Positions 1-12,342 of a DNA stretch of 45,276 nucleotides are shown piece by piece. The notes below the pieces were generated by a model, which was given only the letters and a program-made list of their open reading frames with translations, had not been told where the DNA came from and did not search any database. This DNA is from Paraphysomonas bandaiensis (taxonomy: Eukaryota; Protista; Chrysophyceae), in contig CBFFRP010000018.1 in the NCBI GenBank assembly GCA_965644295.1, positions 1-45,276 on the forward strand, in the 5' to 3' direction. The position numbers and the translations under genes are program-made. Each line of letters starts with the position of its first letter. Position 1 is the first letter of the stretch.

Positions 1-264
1 AAATCCAGCGAAATTAGTTTCGTGTTTTGAGTCGAAAGACGATTCACTGGATTTTTGAGAAGTGCTGGATTTTTGAATCACGATTATACATACAGTATAT
101 GCGTTAAATACACGTATACCGGATGTGGCAATCGTTCGGTAGTAAGCGCTATGCCCATTTGCTGGATTACCCAAATACAGTGCATTTTCAACCAGTGGAA
201 TTTATCAAAAATCCAGCGAATGCAAATCCAGCACAAAAATCCATTGGATGAACCGAACGGGCCC
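1..264. mobile_element. Right end of a PIF/Harbinger (Tourist-like) MITE; left end outside the window
   Basis: Ends in AACCGAACGGGCCC (reverse complement GGGCCCGTTCGGTT, Tourist/PIF-like TIR) directly followed by TAA (265-267), the typical PIF/Harbinger target site. The interior has multiple AAATCCAGC / GCTGGATTT copies in both orientations and no credible ORF. Confidence 0.55.
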
Positions 265-581
265 TAAAGAATAGAATTTTGTATTTTCAGTTTCGTACGA
301 TGAAAACCGTTTCAAGATATCCTACTTTAGGATATGTCCCTTCAAGATACTTCACAAAAATATGGAAATTGTTGGTGTTTGATGTTCGTTTGTTTGTTCT
401 TTTTCATTCTTTTGACTTCTTTCAAATAAGTGAATGTACACACAACACACTCAGCCCTTTTCGTTACTTTTGTCATTTCCATTTTTGTGATTGGTCATAA
501 GTAAGATAGTTATATATACATACACATACATTAAGTATCGATTCAATGCGTCCAATATAATTGTGTATATCTGTGTGGAAT

Positions 582-3500
582 ATGGATGGGGAGAGGATTG
601 TGTTTAGATTATCTAAAGCACTATGGAATGAGTGTAAAGAAAGAGAGGCGAAAAATATTGAAAAACTTGAAGCTAAAACTGATGAATATTGTCGCCATAA
701 ACTCATGCTAGACCATTCTCTCACCGTTGATCCCTCTGCGTGTTCACGGTGTGGTATATCGAAGACATGTAATCGATGTAGATCAATTCATTATGGAGAA
801 GATACATCTGAAGGGAAATCTAATGTCTCGGCTAAGAGGGGTAGGAAAAGACGACTTTCTGACGATAAATTAACGTTTCAGTCTCTTTTACCTTTTCTCT
901 TAAAGACTAGAGATAAGTTTCCTCCTGAGACTCTTCAATCTCCAGTTATTTCACAAGAGTATGAGCATTATGTCGGGGCGATTCCATCACTTTCTTACGG
1001 CGACTTGTTGAACCACCTTATATCTGTCAGGGTGGAGTATGTACAGCGCTATATGCGTCCAATAGTTCAGAAATTGATGAGTCACAACAGGAATGGGGAT
1101 GTGTATAACCACCCGGTTGATCCAGTTGCTCTAGGCCTCGTTGATTACTTTAAAGTAATTCCGAATCCAATGGATTTAGGTACAGTAAAAACGAGGCTGC
1201 TTCAAGGTTACTATCACACAATTGAGTCGTGCGCAGACGACATAAGCCTAGTGTTTCGCAATGCAACTGTATATAATCATCCCGACCACATTGTACATCA
1301 GTGTGCAAAACAACTAAACAATGAATTTCAAGAAGATCTGAAATCGTTGAGGGAACGCTTGAACAAAGAAGAGGAACGCAAAGCTCACCATACTTGCGGT
1401 ACATGTTTGGGTTCCAGTTGTGTTTTGTGCGGTGAAAAGTGTCTGAAATTTGAGCCAGCAATCCTTGTCTGTTATGGTACCTGTAGCCAACGAATAAAGC
1501 GCAACGCGACGTACTATGTAGCACTTGACGGCGCGATGCTGTGGTGCCAAAAGTGCTACACTGGGTCTGGTCCGGTAATGGTTGAGTCTGCTGGGCCGGA
1601 GCACAAACCTCTACTCAAAAAGATCTTATTAAGCGCCGGTTCGATGAAGAAGTGGTGGAACCTTGGGTAGAATGCTCTACGTGTCTTAGGCGGGTGCATC
1701 AAGTTTGTGGACTGTATAACCGCCTGCATGATGAGAGCGAAGTGGAAGAAGCAGGTGGCAAAGGGAGAGCGTTCCAGTGTCCATTATGTAAGCTTGAGGC
1801 GATTGGAGCCACTCCGAATGCGCCGAGTGGACATGTGACGGAGGCCGGGGTGGTCAAGCGATTGCGAGCGGAGTCGGTTGAGGGACGAGGAGAACGTGTG
1901 CGTCGGCGGGCCAATCGGCAGGACTTGGAGGAAAGGAGACAAATAGACAGCACGCCTGTCACAGAAGTACAAACGGACTACGATCGCAGCTCAAGTGATG
2001 ACTCAGAACATGAACAAACTTGTTTTGACGATGAAGAGGGAAGTGTGCCAGTTGTGAAGACCATTCCATCACAACATACTGGTGCGAGTGATACGTCTCA
2101 CGAGGCCGATGGTGGTATGGAGGAGGATGACGAAGATGAGGTTAGGTCCCTCTCTTCTCTTGGACTGTCATCAGATGTTGAACCAGTTAGGGCCTGTGAT
2201 CAGTGGCGGGCGTCAAGCCTTCCTCGGACTCGACTTAGCGACTTCCTTGAAGCTATGGTTGAAGAGAGACTGCGGCAGTGTGGAGAGAAGGATTTAATGG
2301 AATCTCTGACTATCCGCATGACATCCAACTGCATGCATAATTTCGAGGTCCCAGATGTCATCACTGACAACCTCCCAAACGCTCATGGCAATCGTGTGCA
2401 GCAGTACTTTATGTACAAGCAGAAATGTATCTTGTTGTTTCAACGAATTGATGGCATAGATGTGTGTCTTTTCTGTCTTTATGTGCAAGAATTTGACGAG
2501 CGATGTCCTGAGCCTAACAGGTCGAAAGTATACATTGCGTATCTTGACTCTGTGGAGTACTTCCGTCCACGATCGCTGCGCACGACGGTCTATCATGAGA
2601 TCCTGGTGGCATATTTGAAGTGGTCACAGGCCCGTGGATTTAAACAGGGACATATATGGGCATGTCCCCCGCAGCGTGGAGACAATTTTATCTTTTGGTG
2701 TCATAACCCGCAGCAACGAACGCCATCCAGAGACCGACTGAATGCATGGTACAATGTAATGTTGAACCGCTCGTGTGCACTTGGTATACTTAGTTCTGTT
2801 GATACCCTTTGGTCAGCATATTTTGCTGCATATGGGAAGCGTGACGAGCTTTCCCAGCGGGCAGCATCGAAGAACTCATTCGTATCACGGAACTCGACTG
2901 CCTTAGCGGCCAAGCGGGGAGAAGTAGACACACCAGGTGTGTCCACATTGGATAGTGTACCTCCTATATGCCCTCCAGTTTTCGAAGGGGACTTCTGGGT
3001 AACTGAGTGCAGCCGAGTATATAGAATGGTTCAGACGAGGACCAGAGGCAAGGACGGACAGGATCGACAGGTTAACCAACGTCAATGTCGTGAAATTCTC
3101 AAGTTGATGATGGCACGGCCGACGGCGGAGCCTTTTAACCATCCGGTGGATATAAAGCTTTTGAATATACCCGACTATCCGTTGATAATAACTCGACCCA
3201 TGGACCTGGGAACGGTCAAGGAGAAGCTTAGAGCAGGAGGATATCGAAGTGTCCTGGACTATGCAAATGTAAGTATGGGAGCAATGAATTTCATTCTATA
3301 TCCTAATTTTTTCTTGTGTAGGATATTCGCTTGACCTTTAATAATGCCATGACCTATAACCCTTATATGCACATAATCCACATGAATGCCAAAAAGCTTC
3401 TTGAGGATTTCGAAGTGTCTCTGGTGGATATGGTACGGGAACGTGTGGGTGATATGTTTGCGGAAACGGCAGACACTGACCGTTGGTTGGAAACATACCC

Positions 3501-4548
3501 ACTCAACAACGAGATGGAATGGGAGAAACAGTCGGCAAAGGAAAAACATGAAGCAGAGTTGATGGCACGTGCGCGGAGTGCGGGAACTGCCGCCACCGAT
3601 GCAGTCGTTGCGTCGACGGGTGCAGAGCCAAACAGAGCTCTGACAGCCACGACTCTCTGCGAGACTCGCCGTGTGTGTTTCGGGGACAAGTTTGGTGCTG
3701 AGCACCAGGAAACTGTCGAGCACCAGGAAGAAGGCAAGGTTGAAGCCTATCGTTCATTTTCATTAGGCTGCGAGAGTGATTTCGGTGATTCTGCTCCCCC
3801 ACTGAGGCGGCAAGAGAGCACAGAGAGTGTGTTGTCTGTCACAGAGCACTGGCCACGTCGACCCACTCACTCAACTGCACAAGTATGCCCCGTGGGCCAG
3901 GCACAGGTGCTGGCATCAGCGGAGATTCCCTTCGAGAAGCCACGATTGGGTCAGAAGGGTGTGTTTACGCTTATGCAAGAGCTCAGTCGCAACGTATGTC
4001 GGCTTAAGGACGATATGTATGTGATCACATTCGCTGACATGTCGTCAGATACTGCTGGTGTTAATCACTCGGATAATTCCGTCGGAAGCGTTGCAACGTT
4101 CAGAGAGGGTGGAAAGGGTAAAGGAAAAGGGAAAGGATATAGTTGTGCGCCGCAGGTGAAAGCCGAACACGGCACACTCAGCGATAAATGCTTACGTATG
4201 TTGGAAGACATTGCTCCAGATACATCTGATCCGGATGATATTATCAGGTCTCCGTTCTCTGATTCGAGGCAGACTTTCCTAGAAATGAGTCAGTACAGGC
4301 ACTTTCAATTCGACTCTCTGAGGCGGGCAAAGCATTCTTCGGCAATTCTTATATACCACTTGCTCAATCCCCATGCCAGGCATGTACGCCCCATATGCTC
4401 AGAATGCGGTGGGACTATTAGGGAGGTGCGCTGGCACTGTAATCAATGTGTAACGAATGATTACGATGTGTGCAATCTTTGCCTACCAATTTCTAATGGG
4501 CGTCATGAACACAATGAGCTCACCCCTGTGCGTGTCTCGTTCCTGTGA
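582..4548 (+). CDS. CBP/p300-like histone acetyltransferase (bromodomain, Cys-rich RING/PHD-like region, KAT11 HAT with inserted second bromodomain, ZZ finger)
   Basis: Bromodomain HPVDPVALGLVDYFKVIPNPMDLGTV...NATVYN; HAT motifs VYIAYLDSVEYFRP, HIWACPPQRGDNFIF, RLNAWY, FEGDFW, FDSLRRAKHSS; terminal ZZ-like CSECGGTIREVRWHCNQC. One frameshift at the A5 run 1617-1621; intron 3269-3321 (GT..AG) joins YAN|DIRLTFNNA. Confidence 0.92.
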
Positions 4549-5378
4549 ATCAACTATGAAAATAGGAATATGCTTTTACAAAGCAGAAATTAGTTAGTGA
4601 AATGATCAATTTGCTGAATGCATGATCATCAATAGCGTCATAATTTTATTCTTGTATTATAAAAAAACAGTTATACTGCATAGCTAATTATTAATGAAAT
4701 CGCATAGTTCATGTAATGAATAACTATTTTATTCTGTTACGGGTGGCTAATATAGGCCATTGAAGTTGTAGTTTATAGTTTAGCTCTTGAACTAGCTTTC
4801 TATACTGGACTTTGTTGAAAAAAATTTGGCTATGAGAGCTACACAGCTGAAGGTACTAATAATTATGCCACCCAGTTAAATAAAGAATTGATCTTAGTAA
4901 TAGTAAAGCAATAAAGAATGTAAGTGATAAACACAGTAAAGTGAGAAATATGAATAACAATATAGAACAAAACTATCATGCACAACGGAATAGTTAGAAG
5001 AATAACTGAAAATGACGATCGCTAAGAAGGTGACGATCAAGTATCTTCATCAGATACTATCGTTAATTCAGTTCATGATATATTTCATTGAACATCATAA
5101 CTCACACATAATATCTGAATCCTAATAAGTTAATTAGAAACATTTACCAATAATAATCATTGATATTACTATTTTAACCAATTAATTATTACGCGGAGCC
5201 TACTTACTGCTCACTATAGCTACCTCTATATATTACCATATCTATACATCCACTATCCACGGAGTGTAGAATAGCAAATAGCAAACATCTAACCACAATT
5301 CGTTACTTTTAACATGTGTGTAGAATTACAAAAATCTAATAATATTTGTTACTTTTATACTGTTCCTAGCAATTTTCC

Positions 5379-6920
5379 TTATCGTCTCAAATCTCGCTCG
5401 TCATATTCTAAACTGTTACTACATTCACTATTCACATCGCCGTTAGAGGAACAGGATTTCACAGCTACTACGTTTACTCTATTTCTGAATGGAGATGATT
5501 TCTTCTCCCCTCGATAAAGATTATTCGTTGCACGTTGTCGCACCAAGCGTTTTCTATATATGTCTGCCATAAAAGATTTGAAATTGCGCCTCGGAGGTGC
5601 CATCGTCTCGGCGTCTTCATTCGCATCAGTACGCACAATGAGCCATCCAGATTGGGTCATCATAAATACCCAGGAAGAAGTAATAAATGGAAATGTGAGG
5701 ACAGGAAGTTTAATTGCATTGACAACAAACGCCGACTGGTAAGCTACTTGTATGAATACACAGATCATTGCGCCAACGGCACCAATAATATAGGCAGCAC
5801 GAGTCGGTTTATAGAAGCGTCCACCCCCTAGCACCACACAAACACCAGCAGCATTGTACCCATATAGGCCATTACGTATACTGCTATAGTCCTCATGTGG
5901 GAGGTGCAGTACATATCGAGCGGTAAAAGCGCCCACAACCGCCCCGAGCATGGCGCACACGGCGTCTCGACGTGACTGCATCGCGATCCCAGCAACCACT
6001 AAGACACCACCTACAGTTGTATCCGCAAACATAAATTGACCCACACCCTTAAATACCGCATCCACAACGTAGAAAAATGACATTTCCGTGAAATCATCTG
6101 GGTACTCTGAATATGTACGGCGGAAGGACGAAGCAGTAGTATTGCCTCGTGCCACAGCTATGAAGAAGAAAAACACGGCCAAGTTAAATGCGCAGGTAAA
6201 AGGAGGAAGTTTTGCCATCCCTAATGTGTTGGCACAAGTCATATGTAGTATTCCAGCGACTGCAGATAGAAGAATTGTAACTAATACCAGCCATCCGCCC
6301 AGAAACGAGGAAGAGCCAGCTAAAAAGATCCACACCGCACACCCCACAAGGGCACCGTCATATCTGCACTTATTATCAGTTACATAAAAAAACAGACTAC
6401 AACATTACCCCAATAAACCATTGTGAATCTTATGATAGGGGAGTTTACACATAAGTGTGGCAGTGATAGTCGACACCACTGTGCCAAGAAGCCCATGAAG
6501 TATCAGCGCCGGTGATGTCAGCCCCACACCGATGCATATGAGCAACCCAGATAGAGGATGGTCACAAAGGTACACTTGAGAGACCCCTCGTAAGACAATG
6601 TCGCCAGCAATGAGCAACATGTTGATGGGACGGGTGTTCCACCCTTTGAATACACAGAGGGCTGCTTTCGTCTTGGACATATCTCCCGATAAGAATACAT
6701 CCCTGTATAACCACTCCAAATACACTCCCAGCTGAGACACACGTCCACAGGGTCTCATGCTCTCTGTGTCTAAGTGAGAGACGTGTGGAGACATCTCAAC
6801 TGCCATGTTTTGAGTCACAGAAGAGTCTGTAAATAACCCTGTATCTGTTGAACTCTCTATGTCAAACATGCTATCTGAGGAGTGGGGATATGTATTGATG
6901 GGCTCATGAACATGAGTCAT
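5379..6920 (-). CDS. Urea transporter, UT/SLC14 family
   Basis: Two-repeat UT signatures LRGVSQVYLCDHPLSG / FKGVGQFMFADTTVGG, NGLLGYDG / NGLYGYNA, LPPFTCAF / LPVLTFPF. Intron 6364-6408 restores G-Y-D-G. Confidence 0.92.
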
Positions 6921-8957
6921 TGAGAAGATATTGTGATCGTTTAAGTCGGTGTGTTTATGAGTGTGTATATATGTATCTATAGGAATATATATGTACCTGT
7001 ATAGATAAATACAAGAGTATTATACAACTTCCTGTAAGAATATTATGCACTCAGAAACCAGTGTATCATCCCACTATACACTTCACTTCTATGGTAGAGT
7101 ATGTGAATGAGATGAGGAGACACTACAATAAGATTACGGATAGAACTGTTACTGTATTCAGATACAGGTAAATAGGGTGTATGTGCCACTATGCGCACTC
7201 CACTTCATATGGGAAGATATGTCCAGATGTGTTGAACTTGCATCCACCATATATTTGATGGGTATACAGCAGTATACTCAAACCGCCATGAATGTACCAT
7301 ATGTACAAATACAAAATACTTCTCGAATTACGACAGTTCTGGAAGTCCTGCTACTTCGTACACCGTATTTTCAATTTGATGGTGTTTTTGTGACTGCACA
7401 AAATGAAATGTGTCAGTTTTAGAAGTTTGAATATGGAAATCAGGGTTTTTAAGGTTGTCATAACATTATCCAGTATGAGTCCCTGTCCACATTATGGTGG
7501 ATATTGCCTTGCTATATCTTCACAGACCAAGGCTATTACGTAACCCGGGGTGACAGTTAATGCCACGGTGATACAGATCTAGTGCTAAGAAGGATGAATG
7601 TTGTTAGAGGGGAAAATTCGCAGACTGAGCTAATCACATTGAGATATATTTTTAGGGAATAGCTGAAGTTTATGCAGATATACGATATCTTTTTCTGAAG
7701 AGGAGGAGGTGGGGGAGAAGACCAGTAACTCAGCATATGACTAGGATTCTTGACTTTGTAGGGACAAAGAAAAGGGATGTGTGTATCTAATTTATTAGGA
7801 ACCTTTGCCCCATATCACAATATAGTGCATAAATGCGTTTCTTGTTACCTTTTGTAACGGTACTATGTCATACAGGGGAATACAAGGGTCTTCTTGCTAG
7901 GGGTAGTGAGTTGGCCGAGTGGGTAGTAGCTAGAGGAACTGTACTTAGACAAGTAAATAACAAATACTGCAAGTAGATTTTACTATATATATTTTGTACT
8001 GTACGTGTGTGTACCTCTTACTGTACAATTTGAACGTAATCTAACGATTGTCTTTGGACACAAGCTAGAATAGACGTTTGAGAGCTAGGCCACATTGTTG
8101 AGGTCATTGTCCACAGGGTCGATCTCAACAAGTAATACTTGCTTTGTACTTTTTACTCAAGCAACCGAGGAGCGTGTTGGCGCCTACACTCGTAAAGTGA
8201 GCTAGATAATACTTGCTTAGCTCCACGGAAATACTATGACAAATAAAGGCTATATACAGCTCAGTTCCACCTACAGTGGGAATTCAATATCCTGCGACTC
8301 ATCTGTTATCAGTGGGGCACCATCCTCCTTCAAATACTTCAAGGAGAACGGTTAAGACCGAGGATAGAGTGTGTTAGGGTTAGAAGTTGTATCACTTACC
8401 CTAGTGTTCATCTCCAAAATTAACACCTCGAGATTAGAGAATAACTGCGGTTCTTGACGTCACTACAGAACATGCACAAGGTAGAGATATCAACAAGCAA
8501 TTAAAAGCTGAAATTCTAAAGTATTTGAATTATGACCGTTACTCGAAGAATATAGTATTATGAGAATATATCCATGCTTCGATAACGGATCTAATGGGCA
8601 GAAACAGAGTAGTGCTGAGATGCTACAACAAAATTGAACTGTGTTTAAAGTATTGCACCCACTCTAAAGAGCCGCTTACTTCCGAGTATAATATATAATA
8701 TATAATAGCATGAGTCAGGTTTACTGCCACACCAGAGATAAATTGTTTTGGTAACTTGAACGTAGTTCACTACTATGTCATATTAGTTTTATACCAAACA
8801 AGCTATTCGGGAAAAGCTATACTAAAGCGGTATTATAGTGATCACTAAACGACAAACTTCATATTTCTCAATGACGAATAGACGTCTAAGGTAACACATC
8901 TGCACATCTTACACCCAATTCAAGGACACATTTATACACGAACTACTCTACTTAATT

Positions 8958-9614
8958 TTACAGCATTTGATTTGCTGCCATACGCAGCTGTGATTCTTCC
9001 GCCCTGACTGCAGCCAGCTGTTCTTCCAGCTGATGCAAGAAATATTCCTTCTTTTGATACAGTTCTGTGTTATCTCTTTCAAGCTGGAATATCATCAACA
9101 AGTCAAACTAGATACAAACAAAATACACTACAAAACCTTCTCAATGAGCTGCTTTATGTGTTCCTCTTCAAGTTCTGCTAACTCCCTAACAGTGCTCTCA
9201 ACTGGTGCTACAATAGCACTTTCTTTCTGCCTGTAAAATCACAATTTTACTCAAAATGCATACATCATCTCGCACATTACCCTGCTGAAGCCGATTCTTG
9301 CTGTAAGTGGGAAGCTATTCCATAACTTTCTATTAAATCGTTGTACTTGCTCTAGTCCCCAGAGATACATTAGAAGGTGCACAGGAAAACATAGTTAATT
9401 GGTTTACCTCTAGTCGGTCTCTTGTCCTGCCCAGAGTCTGAACAAGAGCACCAGACATAGACGCTCCGAAATCTCCTTTGATGTCTCCAAAAACTTTTTC
9501 TATATCGTTAGGGCCCACACTACCTAGAGTAACGTCGACAGCTTTGGAATAAACAGCATTTAACTGTGCTAGCTTCGCGTTTGCTCTTTCATCTTCACTG
9601 ATAATTTCACTCAT
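8958..9614 (-). CDS. Small helical/coiled-coil protein (about 167 aa), possibly Nnf1/PMF1-like kinetochore subunit
   Basis: Four exons reconstructed with GT-AG introns 9352-9407, 9231-9280 and 9084-9136, giving an open frame MSEIISED...RDRLE-SKYNDLIESYGI...QLRMAANQML*. The gene model is solid; the family call is a weak resemblance in size and helix pattern. Confidence 0.55.
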
Positions 9615-10133
9615 CCTCAGGGAAAAAGAACAGATAAACTACCTACTGACGATATTGAACAATTCACAAGTATATGATGAGTTGAATACACAGCACTGAT
9701 ATAAAACACACTCTATTCAATGCACCATACAGCCGATAATACCGAAAAAAATTGATAGCAGTTCATAACAGTCATTTCAATGAGAACGTATTCATAGTAT
9801 TCCACAGTATTCCATCCTCTTTCATTCTTGAAGTTGAGGAATCTTCACAAGAAATAGAAGTTCATTTCAACACATACTGAGCAAACTAACCTAACCATGC
9901 AAAGGAGTACTTCTAGACTTCAAGTAACAATTTGTTGAAGTGGAATTTGAAGTTAATTGCTTGAAATTCAAGATCCAATAATCAAATGAATGAATGTATT
10001 CATAATTATATCTGTCTAAAGGCTGGTAACATCATCATCGTTAAGCATACTGATATATCAGAGTAATCTAAGTCCAAACATTTGAACTATGCTATCATCA
10101 ATGAGAAGAATTGTGAATAGGGGACAAGGAAAG

Positions 10134-10428
10134 ATGTGGTCCAGGTATGAAACTAATCTTGATCATATCGCCATAACTTATCGATATCAGGAGTATGGGG
10201 AGCGCTCAGCTTAGAAGTGGCGTATTTAAAGAGAAAAGCTTCAAGGAAGCATGGCTTTCTGATGCTGGGGCGTATCCTGTAATGTCATTATTCATTCTCG
10301 CTGGAGTTTTGGTTCCGAGCTTCGGTCTATATTATATGTTTCGATCTCCAGACGTTCGACTCATCGGTCATTCACGGAAGCAGTTCCTTCGGGGTGATCT
10401 TGCCGAAGAATATTCCCGACCTGAGTGA
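10134..10428 (+). CDS. B12D/NDUFA4 (MLRQ, COXFA4)-like small mitochondrial membrane protein, copy A
   Basis: Micro-exon ATGTGGTCCAG, intron 10145-10190, then ...WLSDAGAYPVMSLF-TM helix-RSPDVRL...FLRG. The YP..TM..PDVR pattern is typical of B12D/NDUFA4. Confidence 0.8.
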
Positions 10429-11437
10429 ATAGTTTAAATTATGACTCTAAGGCTACCGTAAACTATTCCTGTGTATGTTATCGTGTTTAAAGCTATACTA
10501 ATAGTTTTGGTATTTGATATCTTCTGCGGCATTTAGCCTTGAAAATAGCTATCGACTTCAATCCACAGGCAAATAACAGCAGTAGTACTGATCAAGAGTA
10601 GTTTTATTTTATTTGTTGTTTATATTCTGTGTGTTCTATCGATACCTCTTCTTTCTAGCTCTTCTGGCTACATTCAAAACCACACCAACTTATTTTGAGG
10701 TCAAAATTTCAGTAAGAAAGTTATACAGTCATAATAGTCAAAATCATGGGCACTGCAATGAGGAAGAATCACGAACATTATATTGATATTGTTCTATGGA
10801 AAGTTACTATATACGTACTATATTTTTATACACAAAATTTAACTACATCATACTACAGTGTCTGTAATTCTCAGTCCAAAATACATCAATTGCAACTCTA
10901 TCTCATTTTACTATCTTTTTCTCAATTTCTACTTTTATCGAAAATATAACTATAATACTTAATACAATTACAAAATATTATTTGAATGTTTTCCCGATTA
11001 TTTGAGAGAATTGTATGTTGCTTCTTTGAATCTTGCAACACCATGGCATAAGAGAGACGGTGTTACTACTATTGTTTAACCTACTATCCGATATTTAAAG
11101 CTTTGGAACACGGTTTTTGCATCCCTAAACTAGGTTTACTTAGTGTGTTACTAAGTGTGAATAGAAGGAAGTGTTACTAAGAGTTTACAGCCAAGTACTG
11201 ACTGATTGCATGAGTTAAGAATTTAGGTGCAGATAGTATAGCTTCAGAATAGGTACCATAAATTCACACAAGAGGTATTATTTTTAATTACATAACCCAA
11301 CGTATTTCGCTACCAAATTTATACTCATATATTAGCAATGTCACAATAGGTGCTATATTTAGATGTAAACTTCTGTTGGAGTTTATCGTATGTCACAGAA
11401 GTGAGACTTATCGTTGGAAGAGTCTCTGTCATACCCA

Positions 11438-11734
11438 TCACTCTGGACGGGAATATTCTGTAGCAAGATCACCTCGAAGAAACTGCTTACGCGAATCACC
11501 TATGAGCCGAACATCCGGTGATGAGCCCATATAGTACACGGCAAACCCGGGAACGAATAGGCCCATCACAACGAACAATGACATTACAGGATACGCCCCC
11601 TGATCTGAAAGCCATGCTTCCTTAAAGTTTTTCTCTTTAAACATACCACTTCTAAGCTGAGCGCTCCCCATACTCCTGATATCGATGAGTTATATGGCGA
11701 TATGATCAAGATTAGTTTCATACCTGGACCACAT
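11438..11734 (-). CDS. B12D/NDUFA4-like protein, copy B (inverted paralog)
   Basis: Same structure as copy A; intron 11676-11723; WLSDQGAYPVMSLF...SSPDVRLIGDSRKQFLRGD. Confidence 0.8.
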
Positions 11735-12342
11735 CTTTCCTTGTCCCCTATTCACAATTCTTCTCATTGATGATAGCATAGTTCAAATGTTTGGACTTAG
11801 ATTACTCTGATATATCAGTATGCTTAACGATGATGATGTTACCAGCCTTTAGACAGATATAATTATGAATACATTCATATATTCTTTGCGTTATTTAGTA
11901 TCTAGAATCTCCTATAGGAAAGTTCGTTTATATAAAGATTATTTTTTCATCAGATGTTTCCCATATATTCCCATTACAAAAAGATACCAAAGAACAGAAT
12001 CTGTTGTGTCAGTTGACTTGCGTTACAACTACTGCTGTACGTACCATGTCGTAAAATAATACTATGTATTTCATAGAATACCGAAGCTGTATTTGTACAG
12101 CAGTATTTAGTGTATTGTACAGTGTACAGTGTACATATTTAGACAGTCGTCTTGGTTTGAGGCAGTCATGAATAGACGCAATGCATAATATGCCACTGGG
12201 GATACCCGAGAGAAAGAACCACATACTCTTGCCAATCTGATTAGCAGTTATCTGACTACTCTTTTGGAGTGGTCTTATACTGCACCTTTTATATCACTTG
12301 GATTAACGAAAAGTTGATATATATATTAAATATTTGTGTGCT

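Larger units (their letters stand above)
9990..11878. repeat. Inverted duplication: arms about 9990-10428 and 11438-11878; near-identical tract 9990-10220 vs 11646-11878
   Basis: Direct reverse-complement comparison: the outer ~230 bp differ only by a 2-bp indel and one substitution inside the intron; the remaining coding part is clearly more diverged. Confidence 0.95.

Noticed and set aside
1611-1625. Programmed -1 frameshift in the CBP-like gene
   Set aside because: C AAA AAG is not a full X XXY YYZ slippery site, and similar homopolymer frameshifts occur elsewhere in the window.
8170-8190. TGGCGCC as a retrotransposon primer-binding site
   Set aside because: No adjacent LTR end, paired LTR or gag/pol remnant could be identified.
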